In this document: positions 1-9,469 of the stretch, piece after piece | How the letters are laid out: every line of letters starts with the position of its first letter | Numbering within the stretch: the stretch's first letter is position 1 | NCBI GenBank assembly: GCA_009859145.1 | Contig: VRVR01000038.1 | Span: 186,001-250,000, forward strand | DNA: 64,000 nt | Source: Andalucia godoyi And28 | Lineage: Eukaryota > Protista > Jakobida | Direction of reading: 5' to 3' | Position numbers and translations under genes: made by a program | The notes under the pieces: model-generated | Told to the model about the DNA's origin: nothing | The model's input: the letters and a program-made list of their open reading frames with translations, nothing else | The model's database searches: none

Positions 1-112
1 ATCATATACAACAACAAAAAACTGTCAAAAAGCAACCTTGACATTATAACAATTCAGTATCCTTAATTTAGCGACCTAGCGACCTCCCCTTCCTACCATG
101 ACGCCACCACGA

Positions 113-1702
113 TTACTCATATTCTAGAGAATCATCAAGAGCGACTCCCTCAAGCAGCTTCTTGTTGATCTTCTTCTCCGTTTCAGTCATGGTGAACTCC
201 TTCTTCAGCCGCTTTGCTTCTTCCAGCTGTCGTGCAAATTCATTCTTGTTCTTTTCTTGCTGCAAGCGCTTACGCTCAATGGCCTGTCGTCTGCGCTCTT
301 CCTCTTCCAGTCCAATTTTCCGGAGCTGTTGGCCAAATCGCTTTTCATCCTGTTTTTCCTGTTCCTTTTGTTGTTCACGAAGCATGACCTGGGACTGCAG
401 AGACTCTCTGATTCTATCCTTTTCCGCCTGACGACGAGCACGCCGCTCAGCTTCCAAGCGATCCTGCTTTTCGTGCATTTCACGCTGCTGACGCTCGGCT
501 CGGTCCTCATCTTCCTTTGCCTTGCTGAGCACATTGGCTTGCACCGCTGCATTGAGCTGCATGTTCCGCTGCTGACGCGCAAACGTCTTCTCGAAGGCCG
601 CAGTTCGCGCCTTTTCCTGCGCCTCCAATCGCGCTGCATATTCGCGTTGTAACCGCAATTCGTACTCGGCTTCCTGCTTTGCAACCTGCTCACGCTCCGC
701 AAGGACCTTTACATTGAACTCCATGGCCTTGATGAACTCGACTTTCTTTTCCTCCTTTTTGCGCTTATCACGTTCGGCTTCCCTCTTCAGGTCTTCCTTG
801 ATACGGGCAAGCTCGCTTTCTTCTTCTTTGCGACGTTGCTCGATTTCAGTCAGCCGCTTGTTCTGCACAAGCTCCAGCTGAACATCAAGCATCTTCTTCA
901 CCTCAAGATCCTTTTGTTTTTGGACAAGCTTCTTCCTCTCTTCCACATTCCGCCAGTCGGAAACCTGTTCCTGCTCGATCACCGCGTACATCGCTTCAAA
1001 CTTTTTCGACACATCCTCCTTGGCAACCTTTTCCTGCAACTGGCGATCCAGTGCCGATCGGATCTGAATTTTCTGTTCATGCTTTTTCTGCGCCGACTTT
1101 GCTTGCTCTTGCTTATAGTGCTCAACATCCTTCTCCAGAATGCACGCCCACGCATCCTTCTGACGACGAAGCACAGACGACGTGACAGACTCAGGCCCAT
1201 TCGAGCCCCCTGTCCCATATCCGCGCAGCGCAGCGTCTGCTTCGACATAATCCGCCATCGTTCGCGAGACCATGCTGCTGCCGCCGTGGTTATTACTACT
1301 TTGATGATGGTTGTTGCCATTGGCATTGGCATTAGCATTGCCGTTGCCGTTGCCGTTGGATTTGTTCTCAGAATTGCTGATCTTGGGCAGCGATGGCGAT
1401 GCCGAGTTTCTAGCAGTAGAGCTCTTTGGCTTCCGTGAAGATGCCTCGACTGGGTGATCCGGAGCATTGAGCTGGCTCATAATGGCGTTCAAATCCTTTT
1501 CAGTCGGAGCAGACGTCTTCGAAAAGACCAAGTCTTCGACAAGATGCTGTGCAAAAGCAACCTCGTTTCCCGAAAGCTGGGTGTTATGGCGATGAAGATA
1601 CTTTTCCTGGATTCGCAAAAGCAACAAATCACGAAGCTTCGATCGGCGATCAATTGCAGACCGATCCGCATTCGACAAGCCCGAAGCTGAGCGCTTAATC
1701 AT
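113..1702 (-). CDS. Long charged coiled-coil protein (trichoplein/TPH-like, possible ciliary microtubule inner protein)
   Basis: 529-aa ORF. About 330 aa of E/K/Q/R-rich helix ending MTETEKKINKKLLE, preceded by a low-complexity N/G linker. Family assignment is by resemblance only. Confidence 0.6.
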   Translation of the reverse strand: MIKRSASGLSNADRSAIDRRSKLRDLLLLRIQEKYLHRHNTQLSGNEVAFAQHLVEDLVFSKTSAPTEKDLNAIMSQLNAPDHPVEASSRKPKSSTARNSASPSLPKISNSENKSNGNGNGNANANANGNNHHQSSNNHGGSSMVSRTMADYVEADAALRGYGTGGSNGPESVTSSVLRRQKDAWACILEKDVEHYKQEQAKSAQKKHEQKIQIRSALDRQLQEKVAKEDVSKKFEAMYAVIEQEQVSDWRNVEERKKLVQKQKDLEVKKMLDVQLELVQNKRLTEIEQRRKEEESELARIKEDLKREAERDKRKKEEKKVEFIKAMEFNVKVLAEREQVAKQEAEYELRLQREYAARLEAQEKARTAAFEKTFARQQRNMQLNAAVQANVLSKAKEDEDRAERQQREMHEKQDRLEAERRARRQAEKDRIRESLQSQVMLREQQKEQEKQDEKRFGQQLRKIGLEEEERRRQAIERKRLQQEKNKNEFARQLEEAKRLKKEFTMTETEKKINKKLLEGVALDDSLEYE

Positions 1703-2557
1703 TTCTCAAACCAGATGAAAAAAAGGTACCAAAAACAAAAATAAAAACAAGGACGCACACAGCAAAGAGCAGATTCAACAAACTACAAACTACTCGACAG
1801 TAACAATAACGATAACTGAAACATACAAAAGAAAGAGGATAAATACAAGAAATAAAAGAACGTGATTTGGCGGAGGTTTTCATAGCAACGGTTTTGTTGC
1901 GAACGGTTTTTGAGCCTTTCGATAACCATTGGGGGAAATGCTGTAGTGCGTACGATAAGATTTCCTTGTATGAAGTGTCCGCACGAGCGCATCTGTTTCT
2001 GTTTATCCTTTTTAGTTCTGGGGAGTTGGCACCCATGCTTGTCCGCACAACCAAGTACTGTCATGAGTGCGTTGTGCGGACGAGTGCTCAGCATCATGCA
2101 CGGAAAGGCCGAGCTTGAGAAGGTGTGATGCCGTTGACTGCATTTCTTGCACGCTGCACTGGGAAAACCTGAGGGCAGAAACGTCGTGCGCAATATTCGA
2201 CAATACTGGGTTGGACCTCGGCCTGCACACGTGTGCCGCGACGGCGGAAGACAACCACGCGACAATGGCGTTCAGCGGCAAAGCGGCAAAGCGGCAGCGT
2301 CGCAGGGTGAATAATGTTTACTTTTGGTTGACCTTCATTCAACAAGGTGTGTGTGAGTGTGTGTGTGCGTCGATGGTTGCCAAATCGGCCATACTTCCTG
2401 CCGAGATCACAAACGGTATCAAACAACCACGAGAGGTTATGGGTTAGAGAGTAGTAGACAACTATGCTGTAGGTTTTCTTTTGGGAGTCGAGCTTTTTGC
2501 AGGAGAGCGGTGAAGCGTGTCGTCGTCAGGTGAAAGCAAACTGCGTGCACCGCAGAG

Positions 2558-4639
2558 TCAGCCCGAGAGTGTAGAGATTGTTTGATAGTGCATGACTGAA
2601 CTTCGTCGGCCGGTTTTGCAGCGAGCTACAATCGAATAGTGAGGCTTCCACTCAAAGGCATGAATTCTGCCTCCGGATGTCGAGGATAGACAGATGTCTC
2701 GGCGAAAGGTAAGATGCAGCGGATTGAGCAAAAGACGCCGAGTGCTGGGGGCGGAATTCGTATCGGGTTGTGCGTGACGCATCGTGGCTTTCTGGCTGCT
2801 CTTTTTTAGGAGATCGTTCGTGCGCTTGTCCATAAGAACCGTCTGCGCGGATGCTCGAGCTTCTAAAAGAGAAGCGAGCTTCACACAGCCGCCAATAACG
2901 TCCCAGGATCGCTTCTTCTTTCCAAACATGGTGCCGATTGCCGAGCCCGTAGCAATTCCAACACGCACCTTGACCCCCGTTCGGTCTTCCTCGCGAAGGA
3001 AGAAACCAATGATTTCAACAGCCAGATTTGCGACTCGGACGGCGTGATCGTCTGTGCTGTTCGAGAAAGCAAACAGGCAGTCTCCAACGGTTTTTATCTT
3101 TTCCACTCCGTGCTTTTCACAAAGCATGTCCAGCTTGCAGAAGATCCGGTGCACAAACGAAATGACTTCAAATGACGACATTTTCGAAGTGAAGGAAGTA
3201 TATCCGCAAATGTCTGCAAAGATCACTGTGCAATTGTTGAACCTCTGATGAATGGCACAGTCGGAGTCCAGCTTCTGCAAGACGTTCGACGACAGCATGG
3301 AAGGCAGCATTTGGTCGACAAGTATTCGCGCTTCCAACCGCTCAAATTCCAAAAGAAGGCTTGTGTGCTCGATCTCTGCGCGTCTGGCAAGCATGTCGTT
3401 GCTTTGCACCGCATGTACACCAAGTGTGATAAGAAGAGCAGAAATGACGACAAAGGAGAAAATCGTTTCTCTTGAAAGAGAGCTCTCGAACACAGTGCCC
3501 CAGAGCGAAGATCTTCCGAGGGTAATAAACTCGCCATCGGTGTCCTGGTGATTGCGCGTGGCCTCTTTTGCACCGCAGCTCATGTCGAGGATGGAGTGCT
3601 GAAACAAAGACTGAATCCATATCGACACCGATGCACTTACCAGCGAAAGAACAGCGGTGTTCACCGTGCTGCCCGCATGCGAGGAAACCACTGGAATGAG
3701 TGTCGAGTTCCATGCTGCAAGGAACACGGCAACCACCCATCCAGACACGGACTGAAGCCCTTCTGTACCGATGCTCCATATAAATGCCAGAATCCAGCAA
3801 GACCCAAGAAAGAAACTAAGAATGCAGAACAAAAAGTTGGAGTCATGCACAACAATCGAGAGCGCCGCTCCAGGTATTCGTTTTGCGAGCCGCGACCCGT
3901 GGTGGTAGATGTTGCTGAGGATGCGCAACGTATGACTCGACGTCGAACCCAGCTTGCAGATGCCGGGGATCCAGATTTCCAAAAGCACTGTATTCGAACT
4001 CCTTGCATCGGCATTGCCATGGGCGCAAGCTTCGTTCCCCTCGTCATCAAACCACCTTGTCTGTGGAAGCAGTCCGCACCCTCCGGAGGAAGTACTTGAG
4101 GGAACTGTTCGAAAATCGAGTATCTTGTGCATCTTCGAGCCTTGAACACCCTGCGGGGTTTGTTCGTTGGTGTCGTGCAGTAACGACAACTGTTCGAATA
4201 CCTGCTTTGCAAAAATCTTAGAGCGAATCAGAAAGGCGAAACCAATAAACGCAAACACGATGCAAAACAACCAGCAGCTGAGGATCCACCATGCCATGCC
4301 AAACAGCCTTTGCTCATCCAGAATGTGAGTGGAGGAGGCCAAGAAACACAGAAAATGCGATGCAAACAAGCAGCAGCTGCCCGTGACAATCGACGCAAGT
4401 CCGAGCGATAGCAGTACTTCTGTCGTGTCGTGTCGCTCTTCTTCTTCAGCCTTGCTCATCTCGTCGCGACTTTGCTGGCGAGTTCGTTGTTGCAGTCGTC
4501 TCAGAATCAAAGAAGACGTCCATATTCCGAAGAGCTTCACAATCATGCAGAGAGTGGGAAGACTCCACCGCCAACTCATCAGCTTAATTTCTTCTACGGA
4601 TTGCGCGAACAACAGCATTTGCAGGACTCCAAGAAACAA
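2558..4639 (-). CDS. Multi-pass membrane class III nucleotide cyclase-like protein with a single cyclase domain; 5' end uncertain
   Basis: Cyclase motifs TVIFADICGYT, VEKIKTVGD and VRVGIATG...WDVIG follow many hydrophobic helices. First in-frame ATG is at 4618; an upstream exon is possible. Confidence 0.85.
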   Translation of the reverse strand: MFLGVLQMLLFAQSVEEIKLMSWRWSLPTLCMIVKLFGIWTSSLILRRLQQRTRQQSRDEMSKAEEEERHDTTEVLLSLGLASIVTGSCCLFASHFLCFLASSTHILDEQRLFGMAWWILSCWLFCIVFAFIGFAFLIRSKIFAKQVFEQLSLLHDTNEQTPQGVQGSKMHKILDFRTVPSSTSSGGCGLLPQTRWFDDEGNEACAHGNADARSSNTVLLEIWIPGICKLGSTSSHTLRILSNIYHHGSRLAKRIPGAALSIVVHDSNFLFCILSFFLGSCWILAFIWSIGTEGLQSVSGWVVAVFLAAWNSTLIPVVSSHAGSTVNTAVLSLVSASVSIWIQSLFQHSILDMSCGAKEATRNHQDTDGEFITLGRSSLWGTVFESSLSRETIFSFVVISALLITLGVHAVQSNDMLARRAEIEHTSLLLEFERLEARILVDQMLPSMLSSNVLQKLDSDCAIHQRFNNCTVIFADICGYTSFTSKMSSFEVISFVHRIFCKLDMLCEKHGVEKIKTVGDCLFAFSNSTDDHAVRVANLAVEIIGFFLREEDRTGVKVRVGIATGSAIGTMFGKKKRSWDVIGGCVKLASLLEARASAQTVLMDKRTNDLLKKSSQKATMRHAQPDTNSAPSTRRLLLNPLHLTFRRDICLSSTSGGRIHAFEWKPHYSIVARCKTGRRSSVMHYQTISTLSG

Positions 4640-5396
4640 TCAGTCAAACAAACAATCAAACAAACAACACAAAATAATAAAACAGTTGAATAATGCACGA
4701 GTGGCCTGTTCGTGTAGACGGTGTGTATGAGACGCGTATGCCGTGTGGTTTAATGGATTCCACAGTTTGGGCTCAGTGAGAAGAACAGATCCAGGAGAAT
4801 GTTATTTTGTACGAACTGGGGAAAGCTGTGGGCGTTGTTTCTTTTCTATTCTGTTCTGATCTTTGATTTTTGGTTGTTGAATGGAACGTTACAAAAAAAA
4901 AAGGATTCCCTAAATAAAGCGAAGCCTGTTAGGAAAGGTGTCTCAGGAAACCCCGCAAAAAGCACGGTCCCCAGGTAGTTGTTGAATCAGAACAACCGAG
5001 CCCGGCTGCGATCTCGCTCCTGCAGCAGGAAGTTGAATTGTATCAGCAAGAACTTGATGTACAGAATGGTCCTGCTTGCAGATTCACCGTCCTCCAGTGA
5101 AATAAACGCACTAAGACGTCCTGCTCGTTCTGCTGCTTCAACTTGTACGATTCGCTTTTCCATAGAAGCCTCTCCCGTATCCATCGTTTTTATTCATAAT
5201 CCCAAAAAAAGAAAAAAATAAGGATACAATTTTCCTCTGAAATTATGGTCAACACTGCACGAATTCGGAAAAAAAGGAAATTCGTGGTTATGCAGATGAA
5301 TTGGAAACATACTTTTTTAAGAGCATAAACGATCCAAGCTTTTGCATTACTTTTCCTTTTTAACCCCCCTCAGTGACTCAGTCCTCCCCAACCCGT

Positions 5397-8300
5397 TCAG
5401 ACCCCGGCGTCTGGACGGAGCGTACTTCGGTACGATTCTGATTTCCACGGCCTGTGTGTTGATCCTCGCAAAGGAGCGGGAAATCCGCCGGAGCTGCCAT
5501 TGTCGAATCCCACGGAAGAGTCTTGGAAAGTCAGAACGGACCGCATTCGGTTACGAATGGCAGCGAGTTGTTGTCGAGCTGGAGGGGGAAGAATCTCGGC
5601 AGCAAGCCGCTCCAGATTGTCCAGCTCATTATTGTCCTCGATTTGCAGTTCTTCAGTGCCGGCGATGTCGGATGGCTCGACATGAACGGCTTCCTGCAGC
5701 CACCATCTGCGCTTTGCAGCCTTGTATATCTCCGTTGCTGCAAAGTACGCGGCGACAGCCCCCGCTACAAGGCCCCATTCCCATGATATCCTGTGAATCT
5801 GGAACGCACTCTGGGCCACATCGGGAATGTAGATGACAGGGAGAATAGCCACGAGTCCAAAGAGTACACTGGCGCAGAGAAACCGATTGTCCACGAAGCT
5901 CTGGCACAAGACAGATCGACGACCAGTGCGTACAACATACGTCTGCAGCATCAGAAGAATGTGGACTGTGGCAAAAGCAGTGCACCGCGCTCGCGCCACA
6001 TCCATGCAGGAGTCGCGGAAACGATTGCAACCAGAGCCAAGGTTCCCATCTCCAACTCCGAAGAGCACAATCACAAAATTCACCAAGCACAGTGATCCCA
6101 TTAGCATTCCAGTCACACATATGTCGGCAATCAGTTCCGGAGTGAAAACACCTTTTGTTTCTGGAGGGCGATGCATGACATTCGCGTCCGCCTTATCAAA
6201 TGCCAAACCCATCGTTGCAATTCCAGAAAGAAAATTCACAAATAGGACAGACAGAGGAGACAAGATGAACACAGACTTCTGATCATTGTCCACGAATGCG
6301 AGACCAATCATGAGAGCGAGAACCTGCGCAAAGTTCGCACTCAGGAGATGGAACATAAAATTCCGCAGACTCGCAAAGATTCTTCGACCTTCTGCAATGG
6401 CCTTGACGATCACGGCGAACGAATCGTTTGTCAAAACAATGTCTGCAGCGCTTTTTGTCACATCGCTGCCAGAGCCCATCGCCACACCGACGTTCGCAAC
6501 TCGCAAGGCCGGGGCGTCATTCACTCCGTCACCTGTCATCAGGACAACGGCTTTCCTTCGCTGCAAGGCCTTGACCATCTTCACTTTTGTATCGGGGGAG
6601 CAGCGCGCAATGCACACCGGTAGCTCGAGTAAAGCATCCGTCGTCTCCTGCGTCATGGAGTCAAAATCCATTCCGACTGTGGCATACGAATGCTCTGCGG
6701 AAAGAATGCCAATTGTCGACGCAACCGCCATTGCCGTCCCGGTCACATCTCCCGTCAGCATCCTCACATTGATCCCTGCCTTCTTACACAGAACAACCGC
6801 CGGTGCACTTTCCTGCCGAGGAGGATCCAGGATCCCAACAAAGCCCAAGAATGTCAACTCTGCTTCGACATCATCCCTTGCATAGTCATGGATATCCGAG
6901 CACCGGATGTCCAAGTCTTCCCTTGAAGCAACTGCTAGCACTCGTAGTCCTTTCGATGTCAGTGCATGAATACTCGCAAGGATGCTTGCTTTCACCTCTT
7001 CCGTTAGGAGCGATTTCTCCCGGCGATACTCAGCAGTATCTTGTGCGGCGTTATCCGAATTCTCCTGAATGACAGCTGTGCACTTCGCGAGGATCCTTTC
7101 CGGTGCACCTTTGACAAAGACGTACCTCTTGCGGTCCGGACTTTCGTACCCAACACTCATTATTTTCGCTGAGGAATCAAAAGGCCATTCACCAAGGCGC
7201 CTCCATCCTTCCTGTTCGAGGCGCCGGCGAGACATTCGACCTTTGCAGCAAAGCACCTGTAGCGCCACCTCTGTAGGACTGCCAGTAGCATCAAGATCCC
7301 CAGCATCATTGATAATGACCACTGATGCATTCGAGCAGAGGGATGCAGCAAGGAAGAAGAGAGTTAGAGCCGGATGTCTCGTTCGCTCGTGAATGATGTC
7401 AACTCCTTCTTCCTCATCTTCAGTGGAAGATACGCTGCACGGACTCGGAGCATCCACATCAATGAAGTTCGCATTTCGATTCAGTGGCGTTCCCCCCACC
7501 CGAAAGTTCCAGAGGGCCGGCGACGCACCGACAACCATTCGGACACCAACCATCTTTCCTTCCGTCAGCGTACCCGTCTTGTCACTACAAATGTCGGTCA
7601 GAGAGCTGAGTATTTCCAGGGATGCCAGTTTGCGGACAATGGCTTTGTTCTTTGCCATCCGTCGAACGCCAACTGTCATACTCACCGTTATCGTCACCAG
7701 CAGAGATTCTGGAAGAATCGCAATTCCAACAGCACTTGCATACAAGGTCGTATCTCGATCGATGGATCGGTTAACGGCAAACACGATACTCGCCAGGATG
7801 ATGGCGCCGACCAACAGTACGTACAACAACTTATTCATCCGGCGCTGCAACGGTGATGCTGTTTCATCCTGCTCGGCAAGACTAGCTGCCACTCGACCAA
7901 TCTGTGTGTGCATTCCTACTGCGTAAACAATACCTCGCGCGTTTCCGTTCAGCACCGCTGTCTGTCGAAACGCCAGGTTTCTCCGATCTCCGATGGGTAC
8001 CGTGGCCTCCGGAATAACGTCGACGCCTTTGCGCACGGGGATCGACTCTCCAGTAAGCAGCGCTTCTTCGATTTCCAAATGAACCGATTCAAAAAGCCTC
8101 ATGTCTGCTGGAACTTGCATTCCGTGTTCGAGGATGCAGACGTCTCCTACGACAACCTCGTCGATAGGGATATCAATGAGCTGACCGTTTCGAAGTACTC
8201 GAGCGTTTCCCGCTGTTATCCTCTGAAGGGCTGCAAGAGCTTTTCCAGAACCGTACTCTTGGTGGAACCCAACCATTCCGTTCACAAACACAAAAGCCAG

Positions 8301-8612
8301 CACTACGCCAAGCTCGATCCAGTCTTGATTCACAGCGGAAATAACCGCAACGATTCCAAGAATGACAGACATTGGATTCACAAAATTCGCGAACAGCAGT
8401 TTCCCTATTCGTACCGAGTCCTCCATGTCCAATGAATTCGATCCAAACCGCTGTCTTCTTCCCTCAAGCAATTCGTCGTCCATATCAAGACCTTTCCACA
8501 GCACGTCCTCGGAAACACCTACCAAGCTCGCAAGTTGGACCGGGGTCAACGTGTGGACATGCACATCATCCAACGCAGAAGAGCCTCTGCGTGCTGCCTC
8601 TTGCTTCGCCAT
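5397..8612 (-). CDS. ENA: P-type ATPase, type IID (ENA Na+/K+ efflux pump)-like
   Basis: 1071 aa with TGES, CSDKTGTLTEGKM, KGAPE, DPPR, MLTGD and TGDGVNDAPAL. TM4 reads LPESL and there are about 10 TM helices. Confidence 0.9.
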   Translation of the reverse strand: MAKQEAARRGSSALDDVHVHTLTPVQLASLVGVSEDVLWKGLDMDDELLEGRRQRFGSNSLDMEDSVRIGKLLFANFVNPMSVILGIVAVISAVNQDWIELGVVLAFVFVNGMVGFHQEYGSGKALAALQRITAGNARVLRNGQLIDIPIDEVVVGDVCILEHGMQVPADMRLFESVHLEIEEALLTGESIPVRKGVDVIPEATVPIGDRRNLAFRQTAVLNGNARGIVYAVGMHTQIGRVAASLAEQDETASPLQRRMNKLLYVLLVGAIILASIVFAVNRSIDRDTTLYASAVGIAILPESLLVTITVSMTVGVRRMAKNKAIVRKLASLEILSSLTDICSDKTGTLTEGKMVGVRMVVGASPALWNFRVGGTPLNRNANFIDVDAPSPCSVSSTEDEEEGVDIIHERTRHPALTLFFLAASLCSNASVVIINDAGDLDATGSPTEVALQVLCCKGRMSRRRLEQEGWRRLGEWPFDSSAKIMSVGYESPDRKRYVFVKGAPERILAKCTAVIQENSDNAAQDTAEYRREKSLLTEEVKASILASIHALTSKGLRVLAVASREDLDIRCSDIHDYARDDVEAELTFLGFVGILDPPRQESAPAVVLCKKAGINVRMLTGDVTGTAMAVASTIGILSAEHSYATVGMDFDSMTQETTDALLELPVCIARCSPDTKVKMVKALQRRKAVVLMTGDGVNDAPALRVANVGVAMGSGSDVTKSAADIVLTNDSFAVIVKAIAEGRRIFASLRNFMFHLLSANFAQVLALMIGLAFVDNDQKSVFILSPLSVLFVNFLSGIATMGLAFDKADANVMHRPPETKGVFTPELIADICVTGMLMGSLCLVNFVIVLFGVGDGNLGSGCNRFRDSCMDVARARCTAFATVHILLMLQTYVVRTGRRSVLCQSFVDNRFLCASVLFGLVAILPVIYIPDVAQSAFQIHRISWEWGLVAGAVAAYFAATEIYKAAKRRWWLQEAVHVEPSDIAGTEELQIEDNNELDNLERLAAEILPPPARQQLAAIRNRMRSVLTFQDSSVGFDNGSSGGFPAPLRGSTHRPWKSESYRSTLRPDAGV

Positions 8613-8990
8613 CTACAGAGCACCCTTTTTAGACCAAATAATTTAAATATAAAAAAATCAGCAAAAGGCAAGACCCCCCTTTCATGAATCTCAAGCCGCT
8701 TTTATCGCCACACATATTACTTTTCTTGTATGTGTTTTGCCACAGAAAAACAAAAGAGACTCCGCAGGGAATGTAAAACGAGAAAACAAAACAAAACAAA
8801 ACAAACAGTTTTGCAGGTTTTGCTTGCACTTGACAATTCAAGTTTATCATCAACAAGCTTTTCTGCAAAAAGACATGGTGCAACTCGCAAGTCCGTCGCT
8901 CCCTTCAAGTCTGTCGAACCTCGTGTCTCCGTTCGTTTAATTGGGTTCATTTTTTCTTTTTCCGCTTGCCAAAACATGAATCATTGCTGA

Positions 8991-9159
8991 ATCGCAACCA
9001 AACCTATTCCCCAATCGATTCAACATTCATAAAATAAACGTTGGAGGAAACAGAATGTAGTCGGCGAACGCCGCCGCGCATGCGATGTGTTTTGTCATTG
9101 TCTCTGATGAAAGGTGCTGCTTGAGGGTTCGATTATAAATATAAGAAACAAACAGAAAA
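8991..9159. repeat. Copy 1 of a 169-bp non-coding element (identical to 36361-36529); candidate structured ncRNA gene
   Basis: Base-for-base identity by direct comparison from ATCGCAACCAAACC to AACAGAAAA; flanks diverge. Confidence 0.95.
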
Positions 9160-9469
9160 TAAATAGAAAGGAGTGAAAAGGTGAGGAATGAAGAAATTCT
9201 GGATTTTGACTACGGTCAGGAAATCGCGTCCCCCCCCATAGGGTTAAGTTGGTGTGAAAGCTTCCAGCAAGATGTTGTTCAATGTTGTGTCAGCCGCGCT
9301 TTCGTTGTTGTGATGAAGGTTGTGATTATTGGAATTTAACAAAAATTACGACATCTTAAATTACGGCACCACACGAAAGAAAGGTGGTAATTTAAAAAAA
9401 AATATTCAACCAAAAAAAAAACAAAAAACAATAATTATTTAGAAAAGGGGGAAACAAAAAGAAGAGATA

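Noticed and set aside
4840-5184. Minus ORF 4987-5184 with an open frame after TGA (read-through/Sec, or first exon of the cyclase)
   Set aside because: No homology, no SECIS-like element, and no GTATG donor compatible with the cyclase frame.
9121-9140. GGGTTCGATT as a tRNA T-arm (including a permuted tRNA)
   Set aside because: No complementary 3' T-stem strand and no cloverleaf could be built on either side.
9104-9150. CTGATGA in the duplicated element as a hammerhead core or C box
   Set aside because: No stem II followed by GAAA, and no CTGA D box at a suitable distance.
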